Source: a virus
Lineage: Duplodnaviria > Caudoviricetes
Virus record (IMG/VR): IMGVR_UViG_3300020050_006168
Coordinates: 17,976-81,975 of that record
DNA length: 64,000 nucleotides
Strand: one strand, 5' to 3'
The position numbers were made by a program, and so were the translations under genes. Below, piece by piece: positions 1 through 8,713 of the stretch. Position 1 is the stretch's first letter; each line of letters opens with the position of its first letter. The notes under the pieces were generated by a model. That model saw only the letters and a program-made list of their open reading frames with translations. It searched no databases and had not been told where the DNA came from.

Positions 1-149
1 CTTGGTTTATCCTATACACGAATTAACAGTTCTCTACCTAAATCAATTCAGGATATGCTTGTTGAACTTGGCTATACAATTCTAGAACAAGAAGCTTATG
101 GCACTAAAATTTATATCATAACTTGGGCAGATGCTAAAGAGGTGATGAA

Positions 150-353
150 ATGCAATTAAAAGATATTGCTACTGGTGAACTATATACTATTATTGAAGGA
201 AAGATCTTGACAAAAGAAGAAGTATTGAAGTATGATACTACAGCATCGTTTATTACGGCGGTGTCTGGTGATGTTGAGATTGGTGTAGTATTCGGCTACA
301 CTAAAGACGGCGACCACAGCCCTAACAATAAATTTGAGGTAGTAAGTGAGTAA
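150..353 (+). CDS. hypothetical protein
   Basis: ORF with RBS (gaggtg); tightly coupled to the next gene. Confidence 0.6.
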   Translation: MQLKDIATGELYTIIEGKILTKEEVLKYDTTASFITAVSGDVEIGVVFGYTKDGDHSPNNKFEVVSE

Positions 354-624
354 TGGTTTAACTAAGTGGGAAGTAGTAATTCCTTTTTTTAATTATGATG
401 GGGCTGTTGTTCCTCCCGGTACAATAGTTTATGCATTAAGTGGAGAACCAAATACAGTCGGTCAAATTGAAATTGTTTATAAGATTGATGGGTACATATA
501 TGCAGCAAGGCCTCGTATTGAATATCTTAAATTACATGAAGAATATAAAACAAATTTTAAACGACCTAAAGGAGTTCTAAATGACAAACGAACAAGTAAC
601 CGTAGCAATCTCAACATTAAATGA
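346..624 (+). CDS. hypothetical protein with C-terminal KTNFK motif
   Basis: ORF overlapping its neighbours in a coupled operon. Confidence 0.6.
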   Translation: MSNGLTKWEVVIPFFNYDGAVVPPGTIVYALSGEPNTVGQIEIVYKIDGYIYAARPRIEYLKLHEEYKTNFKRPKGVLNDKRTSNRSNLNIK

Positions 625-793
625 TCCAGGTACAGCAATGCTTATTGCAACAAGCCTAGTAAAAACTGCAGATCCTAAACAAATCAATGACTTTCTTGTT
701 GCTGTAATTAAACGATCAGCAGAAGGTCATCATCAGTCTAGGGAGATTGCAGGGGCGGCTTTGATCCTATTAAACGGATTAAGCGATGAGTAA
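581..793 (+). CDS. hypothetical protein
   Basis: aaggag RBS before ATG. Confidence 0.65.
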   Translation: MTNEQVTVAISTLNDPGTAMLIATSLVKTADPKQINDFLVAVIKRSAEGHHQSREIAGAALILLNGLSDE

Positions 794-1004
794 GCGAACC
801 GGAGCCATTTCTATTGTTATGTTCTTATTGCTTGCTGTAGGCTTTGATAAGAGCTATAAATATATGGCACAACAAGGTTGTGAAGTTGGTGTATTAGCTT
901 CTGTAGCACAAATGCGACCAGATCTTTATATGAAACTTGATGACATGGGTGCTGTTGATAACTTCGTTAATACATATTGTAAAGATGTGTTGAGGTTTGA
1001 ATAA
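786..1004 (+). CDS. hypothetical protein with N-terminal hydrophobic/signal segment
   Basis: AISIVMFLLLAVG hydrophobic stretch. Confidence 0.6.
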   Translation: MSKRTGAISIVMFLLLAVGFDKSYKYMAQQGCEVGVLASVAQMRPDLYMKLDDMGAVDNFVNTYCKDVLRFE

Positions 1005-1214
1005 TGTTTTTTTTATTATTTGCGGTTGTGGTAGCTGCATCAGTGTTTCCACCACAGCCTCCTTGCAATAAAGATTGCAGTGTTATATTAATCCCAAAGG
1101 AGAACCAACATGGCCCTCTTGATCGAATCCCTTAAGATCGCAGCAATAACAACCTTATTCCTAGCTACCATGTTTGGGCTGGTAGTATTTCATATAGTTG
1201 CCACCATTTTTTCC

Positions 1215-1243
1215 TTTACATTGTAATACGATTGTGTTAGATT
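1215..1243 (+). promoter_or_regulatory. sigma70-type promoter upstream of the lon operon
   Basis: TTTACA-17 nt-TAGATT. Confidence 0.55.
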
Positions 1244-1425
1244 GTATTTGTGAAAAATTACAAGAAACCTAAATTCATTTTAAAAGATACTAAAAATAAT
1301 AAATTATTAGAAGCTAAAGTTAAAGAAAGTTTAACCATTAGATTAAATAGATTGCTTAATTTAATTACTATAGATGAACTTACTGTAGGCCAAGCTGAAA
1401 CAATTTTAAGAAACGGGGACAACTG

Positions 1426-3801
1426 ATGTTAACGCTACCTGTAATTCCTTTACGTGACCTTATTGTATTTCCTACAACAATGGTTCCCTTGTACGTAGGT
1501 AGAGATAAGAGCGTTCAGGCCCTACAACACGCAATGGGTGAAAAAACTCAAATTCTTCTTCTTACGCAAAAGATCGCTAAAGATCAAGATCCAACTGCTG
1601 AGTCTTTAAATACAATTGGTACTGTTGTTGAAATTGTTCAAAGTATTAATTTTCCAGACATGACTATGAAAGTTATTGTTCAAGGTATGTTTACCGCTAG
1701 GGTAAAACGTTTTAAACAAAACGACCGATTCTTAGAAGTTGAATGTGAACAGATTTTAAAAGAAGAACCTTCTGATATTGAAATCCGTGCTGGTATGAAA
1801 TCTGTGTCAGAGACAATTGAAGAGTTAGCCAGATATGACAAAAAGATTACACCAGAATTACTAGCACAAGTGAATGCCGCCACTGATTGGCAAGATCTTG
1901 TTTACATTGTTGCAGCAAATCTGAACATTAAACTTGAAGCTAAGCAAGAAATTCTAGAAATTAATTCAGGTAAAGACATATTTGATAAACTATTATCCGT
2001 TATTCTTGGTGAACTTGAAGTCATTAAAGTAGAAAAAAAGATCCAAACTAGAATTAAAAAATCAGTTGAGCGATCACAAAAAGAATATTATTTAAATGAA
2101 CAGCTTGAGGCAATTCAAAAAGAACTTGGCGGTAAGGACGATCTTGGGCAAGAATTAGACGAATTGTTAGAAAAAGCTAAGCATAAAAAACTTTCTACTG
2201 AGGCTTTGGCTAAAGTGACTAAAGAGATTAAAAAACTCAAGCTCATGTCACCAATGTCAGCAGAGTCTACTGTTGTTAGAAATTACGTAGAGACTTTGTT
2301 ATCACTTCCTTGGGAAGATTACTCTGACGAACAACGTGATATTACAATTGCTGAAGAAATTCTTAATCGCGACCACTTTGGTCTAGAGAAAGTAAAAGAA
2401 CGCATCCTAGAACAACTAGCTGTGCTACAATTAAACGATAAAGCTAAGGGTGCTATTGTTTGTTTATCGGGACCTCCGGGTGTTGGTAAGACTTCTTTGG
2501 CTAAATCAATTGCTGAGGCTCAGAATCGTCCATTTGTTCGCATTAGTTTGGGTGGAGTTAAGGACGAATCAGAGATTCGCGGCCACAGACGAACTTATGT
2601 GGGTGCAATGCCTGGAAAAATTATTCAGGCGTTTAAAAAAGCTGACAAAGGTAACCCACTAATCCTTCTTGATGAAATTGATAAGATGTCATCAGACTAT
2701 AAGGGAGATCCAGCGAGTGCGATGTTAGAAGTTCTTGACCCAGAACAAAACTCTACGTTTCAAGATCATTACATTGATATTGAATATGATTTGTCTAAGG
2801 TTTTATTCTTTGCAACAGCAAATTATATCCAGAACATTCCTAAACCATTGTTAGATCGCATGGAAATTATCAAGCTTGACGGCTATACACCAAAAGAAAA
2901 ATTTGAGATTGCTAAAAAGTATTTAATTCCTAAAGAAATTACCGCAACAGGTCTTGATAATATTAAAATTACATTCAAAGACGACGCTTTACAATTCTTA
3001 ATTGAATCATATACACGAGAAGCTGGCGTAAGAAGCCTTGAGCGCACAATTGGTAAAGTATTTCGCAAGATTGCTAGAAAAGCTGTGTCATTAAAAACCG
3101 CTAAGATGAAGGGTTTTGTTATTGGCAAGAAAACTATTGAAGAAATGCTTGGTAACGAACGTATGACGCCAACACTTACGGCAAAAACCGATCAGATTGG
3201 TGTTGTAAACGGCATGGCTTGGACTGAATCTGGTGGGGACCTACTTCCTATTGAGGTTCTTATGATGCCAGGTAAGGGCAATATGCAAGTAACGGGCCAA
3301 CTTGGTGAGGTTATGCAGGAATCTGCTAAGATTGCCATGAGCTACGTGCGAAGCCGCGCAAGCTTGTTTGGTATTGATAAAGGTTTTTTTGAAAAAAATG
3401 ACCTAGCTGCTCACGTTCCAGATGGCTCTACACCAAAAGATGGACCAAGTGCTGGTATTGCATTGACAACCGCTATTGTTTCTGCTATAACTAAGATTCC
3501 GGTTAAGCGCCTAGTGGCAATGACCGGGGAAGTAAGCTTGACTGGTAAGGTAATGCCTATCGGTGGCTTAAAAGAAAAGGTTATGGCAGCACACAGAGCC
3601 GGGGTTAAGATGATTATCTGTCCTAAAGAAAATGAAAAAGATATTAAAGATATTCCTCAGGATGTTGTTAGTGATCTTGAATTCTTTTTTGCAGAACATG
3701 TTGATGAGGTTCTTGTCCGAGCACTGGCGATTAAGTCACCGAAGGATTTGTTCAAATTAAATAACGATAAAGAATATTCTATTAGGAGTCGATATGAGTA
3801 A
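1426..3801 (+). CDS. lon: ATP-dependent Lon protease (LonA, S16), full length
   Basis: N-domain LPVIPLRD..VFP; Walker A GPPGVGKTS; Walker B LLDEIDK; RGHRRTYVGAMPG; catalytic PKDGPSAG and IGGLKEK. Confidence 0.98.
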   Translation: MLTLPVIPLRDLIVFPTTMVPLYVGRDKSVQALQHAMGEKTQILLLTQKIAKDQDPTAESLNTIGTVVEIVQSINFPDMTMKVIVQGMFTARVKRFKQNDRFLEVECEQILKEEPSDIEIRAGMKSVSETIEELARYDKKITPELLAQVNAATDWQDLVYIVAANLNIKLEAKQEILEINSGKDIFDKLLSVILGELEVIKVEKKIQTRIKKSVERSQKEYYLNEQLEAIQKELGGKDDLGQELDELLEKAKHKKLSTEALAKVTKEIKKLKLMSPMSAESTVVRNYVETLLSLPWEDYSDEQRDITIAEEILNRDHFGLEKVKERILEQLAVLQLNDKAKGAIVCLSGPPGVGKTSLAKSIAEAQNRPFVRISLGGVKDESEIRGHRRTYVGAMPGKIIQAFKKADKGNPLILLDEIDKMSSDYKGDPASAMLEVLDPEQNSTFQDHYIDIEYDLSKVLFFATANYIQNIPKPLLDRMEIIKLDGYTPKEKFEIAKKYLIPKEITATGLDNIKITFKDDALQFLIESYTREAGVRSLERTIGKVFRKIARKAVSLKTAKMKGFVIGKKTIEEMLGNERMTPTLTAKTDQIGVVNGMAWTESGGDLLPIEVLMMPGKGNMQVTGQLGEVMQESAKIAMSYVRSRASLFGIDKGFFEKNDLAAHVPDGSTPKDGPSAGIALTTAIVSAITKIPVKRLVAMTGEVSLTGKVMPIGGLKEKVMAAHRAGVKMIICPKENEKDIKDIPQDVVSDLEFFFAEHVDEVLVRALAIKSPKDLFKLNNDKEYSIRSRYE

Positions 3802-4159
3802 AAAAGTAACAGCACTATCAAAACAAACTGAGAAGTTAGCAAAAGAAATGTTAGATGAAGTAAAAAACATTAAAGACTTTGCTAAAGAAGAACTTCCTGT
3901 TGTCGCTAAGGAGTATGTTAGTTATAGAACCGTATCTTCTGGTATTATGCTTATTCTCAGTATTATAGGACTTGGTGTTTCTGGGTGTCTTTTAACTGGT
4001 GGTTTAGCTAGTGAGAGTGATTTTGATCCACGAACTTTAATTGGTGGTATCGGGGTTCTTGTTTGTTTTATTGCAACTTGTGTTAATGGTGATCTGTATT
4101 TGGAAGTAAAACTCCAACCACGTAGAACCGCAATTAAAGCTATTACCTCATTATTTTAG
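3794..4159 (+). CDS. membrane protein (2 TM)
   Basis: two hydrophobic segments. Confidence 0.65.
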   Translation: MSKKVTALSKQTEKLAKEMLDEVKNIKDFAKEELPVVAKEYVSYRTVSSGIMLILSIIGLGVSGCLLTGGLASESDFDPRTLIGGIGVLVCFIATCVNGDLYLEVKLQPRRTAIKAITSLF

Positions 4160-4167
4160 GAGTGAAC

Positions 4168-4425
4168 ATGAGTAATTTAATTTTAGGATTGTGCTTTGTG
4201 TTGGCTGGGTGTTCTTTTAATAGTTCTTATACTAAATGTTTGAACTCCGTAAATAATGTAAGAGTTCACGATATCCTTAACATAAGGAATGGTTTATATC
4301 GGGATTGCACAATGGACGTTTACAATAGAACTTTAGTTGGATTTAGTGGTTATATTACTTGTAAAGATAAATCTGAGGGATATGTATCTATTCGAGCTAA
4401 TGAAGTTCTTCAGGAGTGTAAATGA
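4168..4425 (+). CDS. putative lipoprotein
   Basis: signal peptide with lipobox LAGC; aggag RBS favours ATG 4168. Confidence 0.7.
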   Translation: MSNLILGLCFVLAGCSFNSSYTKCLNSVNNVRVHDILNIRNGLYRDCTMDVYNRTLVGFSGYITCKDKSEGYVSIRANEVLQECK

Positions 4426-4673
4426 ATAAATCTTCCTTGATAAATGCTGCGACGCTAACGCTCGTCTCGCTGGCCGCGATTTCTTGTTCTAATGATAAAA
4501 GTCCTATTACGGTGCGTTACAGTAATAATATAAACATAGTAATTACTGAATGTAAAAATAGTAGGGAAACCGTTACTTCAGCATTTGCATTTGAATGTGA
4601 CAATGGTGCTACTTATAAGAGCAATTCGGTATTACAATATTCTACCGGTGAAAGAGTGATGTTTTTTCCATAA
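4422..4673 (+). CDS. putative lipoprotein
   Basis: MNK + hydrophobic core + AISC lipobox-like site. Confidence 0.6.
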   Translation: MNKSSLINAATLTLVSLAAISCSNDKSPITVRYSNNINIVITECKNSRETVTSAFAFECDNGATYKSNSVLQYSTGERVMFFP

Positions 4674-5116
4674 TGAAATCTAATTATACAAAACCCAAAT
4701 GGGCCTTATATCAAAATAATATTGTTGTTCATAAGCATCTTTCTGATTTTGAACAGATTCAAAATCTTGAACAAGCTATGGGTAGTATTACTTCTGTATT
4801 TAATCCATTTACTGGTGAAGTAGAACTAAGACAATATCCTCCTGGTGGAATAGTATATAATCCATCAATAGGATCTGATTACGGAAACTATATTATGACT
4901 GAACATGGAGCTATGCCGGTTAGATTCACTCAAAGACAATTAGAGGAATCTAATTATAATTTATTTAATCATATACCACCCGGCTATGAAGTAAGACAAG
5001 ATATTCATTCAGATAATTATATTATAATTCCTAGACCACCAAGATCTAGACCAGAACCAGAAATTAGACGGCCCAGTTTATTGCGACGAATAATTGATTT
5101 TTGTTGGTTCACATGA
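4673..5116 (+). CDS. hypothetical protein
   Basis: coupled ORF; Pro/Arg-rich C-terminus. Confidence 0.6.
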   Translation: MKSNYTKPKWALYQNNIVVHKHLSDFEQIQNLEQAMGSITSVFNPFTGEVELRQYPPGGIVYNPSIGSDYGNYIMTEHGAMPVRFTQRQLEESNYNLFNHIPPGYEVRQDIHSDNYIIIPRPPRSRPEPEIRRPSLLRRIIDFCWFT

Positions 5117-5424
5117 CAGATCTAATTCAACTATTCATTAATAATGGTGGAGGAGACTTCACCATTAGTAAATCAGATCGTATATCTTGGTTGACATACT
5201 CCAGTATGAAAAAAGAAGACTTCCGTCAGCTTGAAGAGCTTGGCTTTGTATTCCATAAACGAACTAAACGTACCAAGGTCGGAGAAGAAGTTCGGGGAAG
5301 GGTAGTCCCATTCTTATATTTCTTTAAAAAACTAGTTGACAAAAAAGTCATACCGTTGTATAAAGAAGAGGATGAGATCGTAATGAAAGCTCGTCCAAAG
5401 AAACCAACTCTTGGAACTTTATGA
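5113..5424 (+). CDS. hypothetical protein
   Basis: ATGA overlap with upstream stop. Confidence 0.6.
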   Translation: MTDLIQLFINNGGGDFTISKSDRISWLTYSSMKKEDFRQLEELGFVFHKRTKRTKVGEEVRGRVVPFLYFFKKLVDKKVIPLYKEEDEIVMKARPKKPTLGTL

Positions 5425-5963
5425 ATGTTTGCTCACTAGATCTAGAAATGAACCAACCATCTGATACAATCATACAGATTGGTATTTGTATTGGTTCAAC
5501 TAGAACTGGTGAAATTCATGTTAAGCGTCAATGGAATATTTACACAGAAGAAGTAATAGCTCCATTCATTACACAACTCACTGGTGTAACACAAGAAGAT
5601 GTAGCCGCTGGTGTTTCCTTACTTGGAGCATATAATGAACTAGGTGAACTATACAAACAATATGACTGTTCTCTTAACTTCATATCATGGGGAGGCGGAG
5701 ATAGCCAACTACTTAGATCGCAACTGCCTGAAGGAACCAAGTGGCTTTATGGCAAACGTTGGTTTGATGTTAAGACCTTATACCAAGCTTTTATTCTTGG
5801 AGCAGAGCGCCCAATCTCACCAAGAGCCGGACTTGCTAAAGCAATGATAAAGACTGGCCTTAAATTTAATGGAACAAAGCACACAGCTATGGATGATGCA
5901 ACCAACACATTCCTACTTATGAAACATTTACTTGACAAACTTCCAAAGGATGTAATACGATGA
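5421..5963 (+). CDS. DEDDh 3'-5' exonuclease (ERI-1/KapD/DnaQ-like)
   Basis: ExoI DLEMNQP; LTGVTQEDV; SWGGGD; ExoIII HTAMDDA. Confidence 0.9.
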   Translation: MNVCSLDLEMNQPSDTIIQIGICIGSTRTGEIHVKRQWNIYTEEVIAPFITQLTGVTQEDVAAGVSLLGAYNELGELYKQYDCSLNFISWGGGDSQLLRSQLPEGTKWLYGKRWFDVKTLYQAFILGAERPISPRAGLAKAMIKTGLKFNGTKHTAMDDATNTFLLMKHLLDKLPKDVIR

Positions 5964-6106
5964 AAAAAGAAACACTACTAATGGCAACAGTCGCTTTAGC
6001 TTCTATTGCAACAGCTACAGCTCTATTGGGTTTTGCTGGTCAGGCATTACCTTTTGGCCTACTGTCTATCGTCACATATCTAGTTGCAATCCAAACAAAG
6101 GTTTAA
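5960..6106 (+). CDS. small 2-TM membrane protein (48 aa; not in ORF track)
   Basis: own translation MKKETLLMATVALASIA...IVTYLVAIQTKV; fills the gap between coupled genes. Confidence 0.55.
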   Translation: MKKETLLMATVALASIATATALLGFAGQALPFGLLSIVTYLVAIQTKV

Positions 6107-6107
6107 T

Positions 6108-6458
6108 ATGAATAAAGATAAATACATTGAATTTGTAAAATCGATTGAAAAGCCAGCAGATACCATTAGCCTAGATGCTCAGCATAAACGATTGATCCAT
6201 GCATCCCTAGGTATGGCTGGTGAAACAGGCGAGACTGTAGATCTAATTAAGAAACACGTCATGTACGGTAAAGAACTAGATAACACTAAAGTAATTGAAG
6301 AATGCGGAGACATCCTGTATTACATGGCTGTACTCCTAGACTCAGTTGGTAGCAATATTGATGAGGCTGTTGAGAAGAACTATGAGAAGCTGTCTCGTAG
6401 ATATTACAAAGGCTCTTACAGTAATGATCAAGCAATTGGTCGAGCGGATAAGACATGA
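6108..6458 (+). CDS. MazG-like nucleotide pyrophosphohydrolase
   Basis: LGMAGETGETVDLIKK...EECGDILYYM EXXE/EXXD pattern; KLSRRY. Confidence 0.88.
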   Translation: MNKDKYIEFVKSIEKPADTISLDAQHKRLIHASLGMAGETGETVDLIKKHVMYGKELDNTKVIEECGDILYYMAVLLDSVGSNIDEAVEKNYEKLSRRYYKGSYSNDQAIGRADKT

Positions 6459-6754
6459 GTGTAATTACTACAACCGCAGGATTTGGTATTGTGCTGGCTG
6501 CTACTGGTGGAATGAAATCATGTTCACATCCATCCTATGAAGTCGGGGATTGCCTGTATTCAGTACAAAACGATATGAACGGAAATCCTCAACCATTTAA
6601 AGATATCGTTATTAAGATCACAGAAAAAAATTCTGAGGATTACTATTACACTTATGTCATGCTTGACGGGGTGCGTATTGAAGGTAATCTAATTAACCAT
6701 GAACATAGCTTTGTTGAGAACACAAGCTTGTTTGTAAAAGGAGTGTGCCCATGA
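6455..6754 (+). CDS. putative lipoprotein/membrane-anchored protein, paralog A
   Basis: Gly-rich hydrophobic N-terminus then C; YEVGDC; ends in CP. Confidence 0.6.
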   Translation: MSVITTTAGFGIVLAATGGMKSCSHPSYEVGDCLYSVQNDMNGNPQPFKDIVIKITEKNSEDYYYTYVMLDGVRIEGNLINHEHSFVENTSLFVKGVCP

Positions 6755-6957
6755 AATATTTATGCTTAGACCAAGCTCACTGCTCTATTGCAGTACTTAA
6801 TGCACCAGATATTGAGATTGCAGCCAGTACCTTTAGAGAGATATTTTCTTTTAGTGTAGACATGAACGTGTTATGTTTTCCAATTGACGATGGTCAGTTG
6901 TTCTTTAACCTACAACAACCTATGGTATACTCAATTCCTTCTGGAGGTAACCTATGA
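6745..6957 (+). CDS. hypothetical protein
   Basis: coupled ORF. Confidence 0.55.
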   Translation: MPMKYLCLDQAHCSIAVLNAPDIEIAASTFREIFSFSVDMNVLCFPIDDGQLFFNLQQPMVYSIPSGGNL

Positions 6958-7235
6958 GCTTAACAACAGGTCTTATTGTTGGATTAGGTTTAGCCGGTGG
7001 TCTTGGTGGTGTAAGTATGTGTTCAAAGCCACAAGTACCTAAGTATCAAGTGGGCGACTGTGTTCGTCATGTTGATAGCTTTGGAGAATACGATTCTAAC
7101 GTAGTTAGAAGAATCACTAAGATGAATGATACCGATTACGGTGTTATTGTATACCTATCTAGTGGCCATGAATACAAAGACACTAGCGATATCAGAATGA
7201 CTGATAAGTACTATGGCAAGGTGTCATGTCCATGA
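6954..7235 (+). CDS. putative lipoprotein/membrane-anchored protein, paralog B
   Basis: Gly-rich hydrophobic N-terminus then C; YQVGDC; ends in CP. Confidence 0.6.
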   Translation: MSLTTGLIVGLGLAGGLGGVSMCSKPQVPKYQVGDCVRHVDSFGEYDSNVVRRITKMNDTDYGVIVYLSSGHEYKDTSDIRMTDKYYGKVSCP

Positions 7236-7408
7236 ATATAACGCTATTAGCATATATTATATTTCAAATTATTGTTTCAGTATTTGTACTTAGAAACATT
7301 AAGAAACACGAGTACTCAGCGAGTGCTGCCAGTAAGATACTTAGTTTATCCGTAGTACCTGGACTTAACCTATTAATTCTATACATGGCAATAAAGGAAG
7401 AACTATGA
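7226..7408 (+). CDS. small membrane protein (2 TM)
   Basis: hydrophobic segments; PGLNL motif. Confidence 0.55.
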   Translation: MSMNITLLAYIIFQIIVSVFVLRNIKKHEYSASAASKILSLSVVPGLNLLILYMAIKEEL

Positions 7409-7764
7409 CAATAGCTGTTGTATGTAAGAACCAAGCAACATTTAGACGATATAAGAAAGCTCACCCAACCGACACTTGTGTCCATGTGTGGGAAGATTAC
7501 GGAGTTGTAGCCGGAGTTGAGATAGATAGCATCGTGATCCTACAGGCACACAGTGATATGCACTATTTAATTAACCGAATCCTAGTTCCTAGATTGCCTA
7601 GACAATACCGATATATACCAAGATATGAACTAGAGCGACCTGAGGTAGCCGAGGGCGGAGCTACACTAGTAACCTACGCTACCCTTCAAGCGGCAGTTGA
7701 TACAGACGTGACTCAAGCTACTGTTCCCCAAGGCTATGTGACATACAACGGAGATGATCAATGA
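7405..7764 (+). CDS. hypothetical protein
   Basis: coupled ORF with RBS. Confidence 0.6.
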   Translation: MTIAVVCKNQATFRRYKKAHPTDTCVHVWEDYGVVAGVEIDSIVILQAHSDMHYLINRILVPRLPRQYRYIPRYELERPEVAEGGATLVTYATLQAAVDTDVTQATVPQGYVTYNGDDQ

Positions 7765-8096
7765 TTTACGGATATAAAACAGCAAAGCTATTAGAAAAGA
7801 CTAGAGATGAAAACCGACAAGAAGATAGGAACGCAGCTATACTTAGAACATTGACAACGACTATTTTACTTGTGTCAGCTTTGTTCTTATTTGGGTGTAG
7901 TAACAACTATGACCTTATGCTTAAACAAAGTTCTACAGATACAGCTAATGCTATTTGTAATGATAAGGTTGAAATGTACTTAGTAGAAACCGATGGGTCT
8001 ATTGTACTACGTTGTAAAGACGGTAGAGAATTTTACATAGATGCGTCTAAATTTTTATCAATCAATCCGAATAAACCTAAGCAGTATTATAAATAG
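7761..8096 (+). CDS. putative lipoprotein
   Basis: ILLVSALFLFGC lipobox after a long n-region. Confidence 0.55.
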   Translation: MIYGYKTAKLLEKTRDENRQEDRNAAILRTLTTTILLVSALFLFGCSNNYDLMLKQSSTDTANAICNDKVEMYLVETDGSIVLRCKDGREFYIDASKFLSINPNKPKQYYK

Positions 8097-8106
8097 GTTA
8101 TTAAAT

Positions 8107-8307
8107 ATGGAAGATAAAAAATTATCCCGGTTTATTAAACTGGGCTGGGAACTGCTTGAGCATAAATGCCGCTACTACGTTCTTAGCCGGCCTACGATTC
8201 AAGACTATGATTACGACATGCTGGAGAAAGAATATGATGCTTTGGCAGATGAGCTGGGGCTACCTAACAGCGTAATACGTCCCTTAATGATGAACCGAGG
8301 TTATTAA
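8107..8307 (+). CDS. stand-alone domain Ia of NAD+-dependent DNA ligase (Nlig-Ia-like)
   Basis: EHKCRYYVLSRPTIQDYDYDML aligns by eye with LigA ...YLYHVMDAPEIPDAEYDRL; NMN-binding Y/Y/D/Y/D pattern retained. Confidence 0.75.
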   Translation: MEDKKLSRFIKLGWELLEHKCRYYVLSRPTIQDYDYDMLEKEYDALADELGLPNSVIRPLMMNRGY

Positions 8308-8311
8308 CTAT

Positions 8312-8713
8312 ATGTTCCTAATAAAATTTAGTCATGGTGTAGAAGTTGGTGCCTATAATGCTTATATGGGCCACTACGCGGTCACCAAGGACCCAGTGGT
8401 GCTTGCCATTGCTCAACAGGAATGGGAGCATATGAATGCCTTATGCGACATCCTGGAAGAGAACGGGGAGCGCCCTAGCTGGCTTATTTCAGGATTGTTC
8501 TGGTTGATTGGTACCACCGTGATGCTCTTGTGCCATGTGTCACCTAGATTCATGCTAAACCGGATAGCCCGCCTTTTAGAGCTATTTGCTGTATTTAATT
8601 ATGAAATGCTAGCAGAGCACTATCCTAAATACAGGGTGCAGTTTTTAGAGATGGCTGTTACGGAACGTGACCATGAACAATATTTTGCCGGTGCTGGGGT
8701 TATTAAGTCATAA
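8312..8713 (+). CDS. ferritin-like di-iron protein (Coq7/demethoxyubiquinone hydroxylase-like)
   Basis: E (HGVE), EWEH, E (LELFA), ERDH four-helix di-iron ligand spacing. Confidence 0.75.
   Translation: MFLIKFSHGVEVGAYNAYMGHYAVTKDPVVLAIAQQEWEHMNALCDILEENGERPSWLISGLFWLIGTTVMLLCHVSPRFMLNRIARLLELFAVFNYEMLAEHYPKYRVQFLEMAVTERDHEQYFAGAGVIKS

Noticed and set aside
1680-3842. Short antisense and alternate-frame ORFs within lon, and similar shadow ORFs in RNR, PolB, tail and capsid genes
   Set aside because: Fully overlap well-supported genes, lack an RBS and show no motifs
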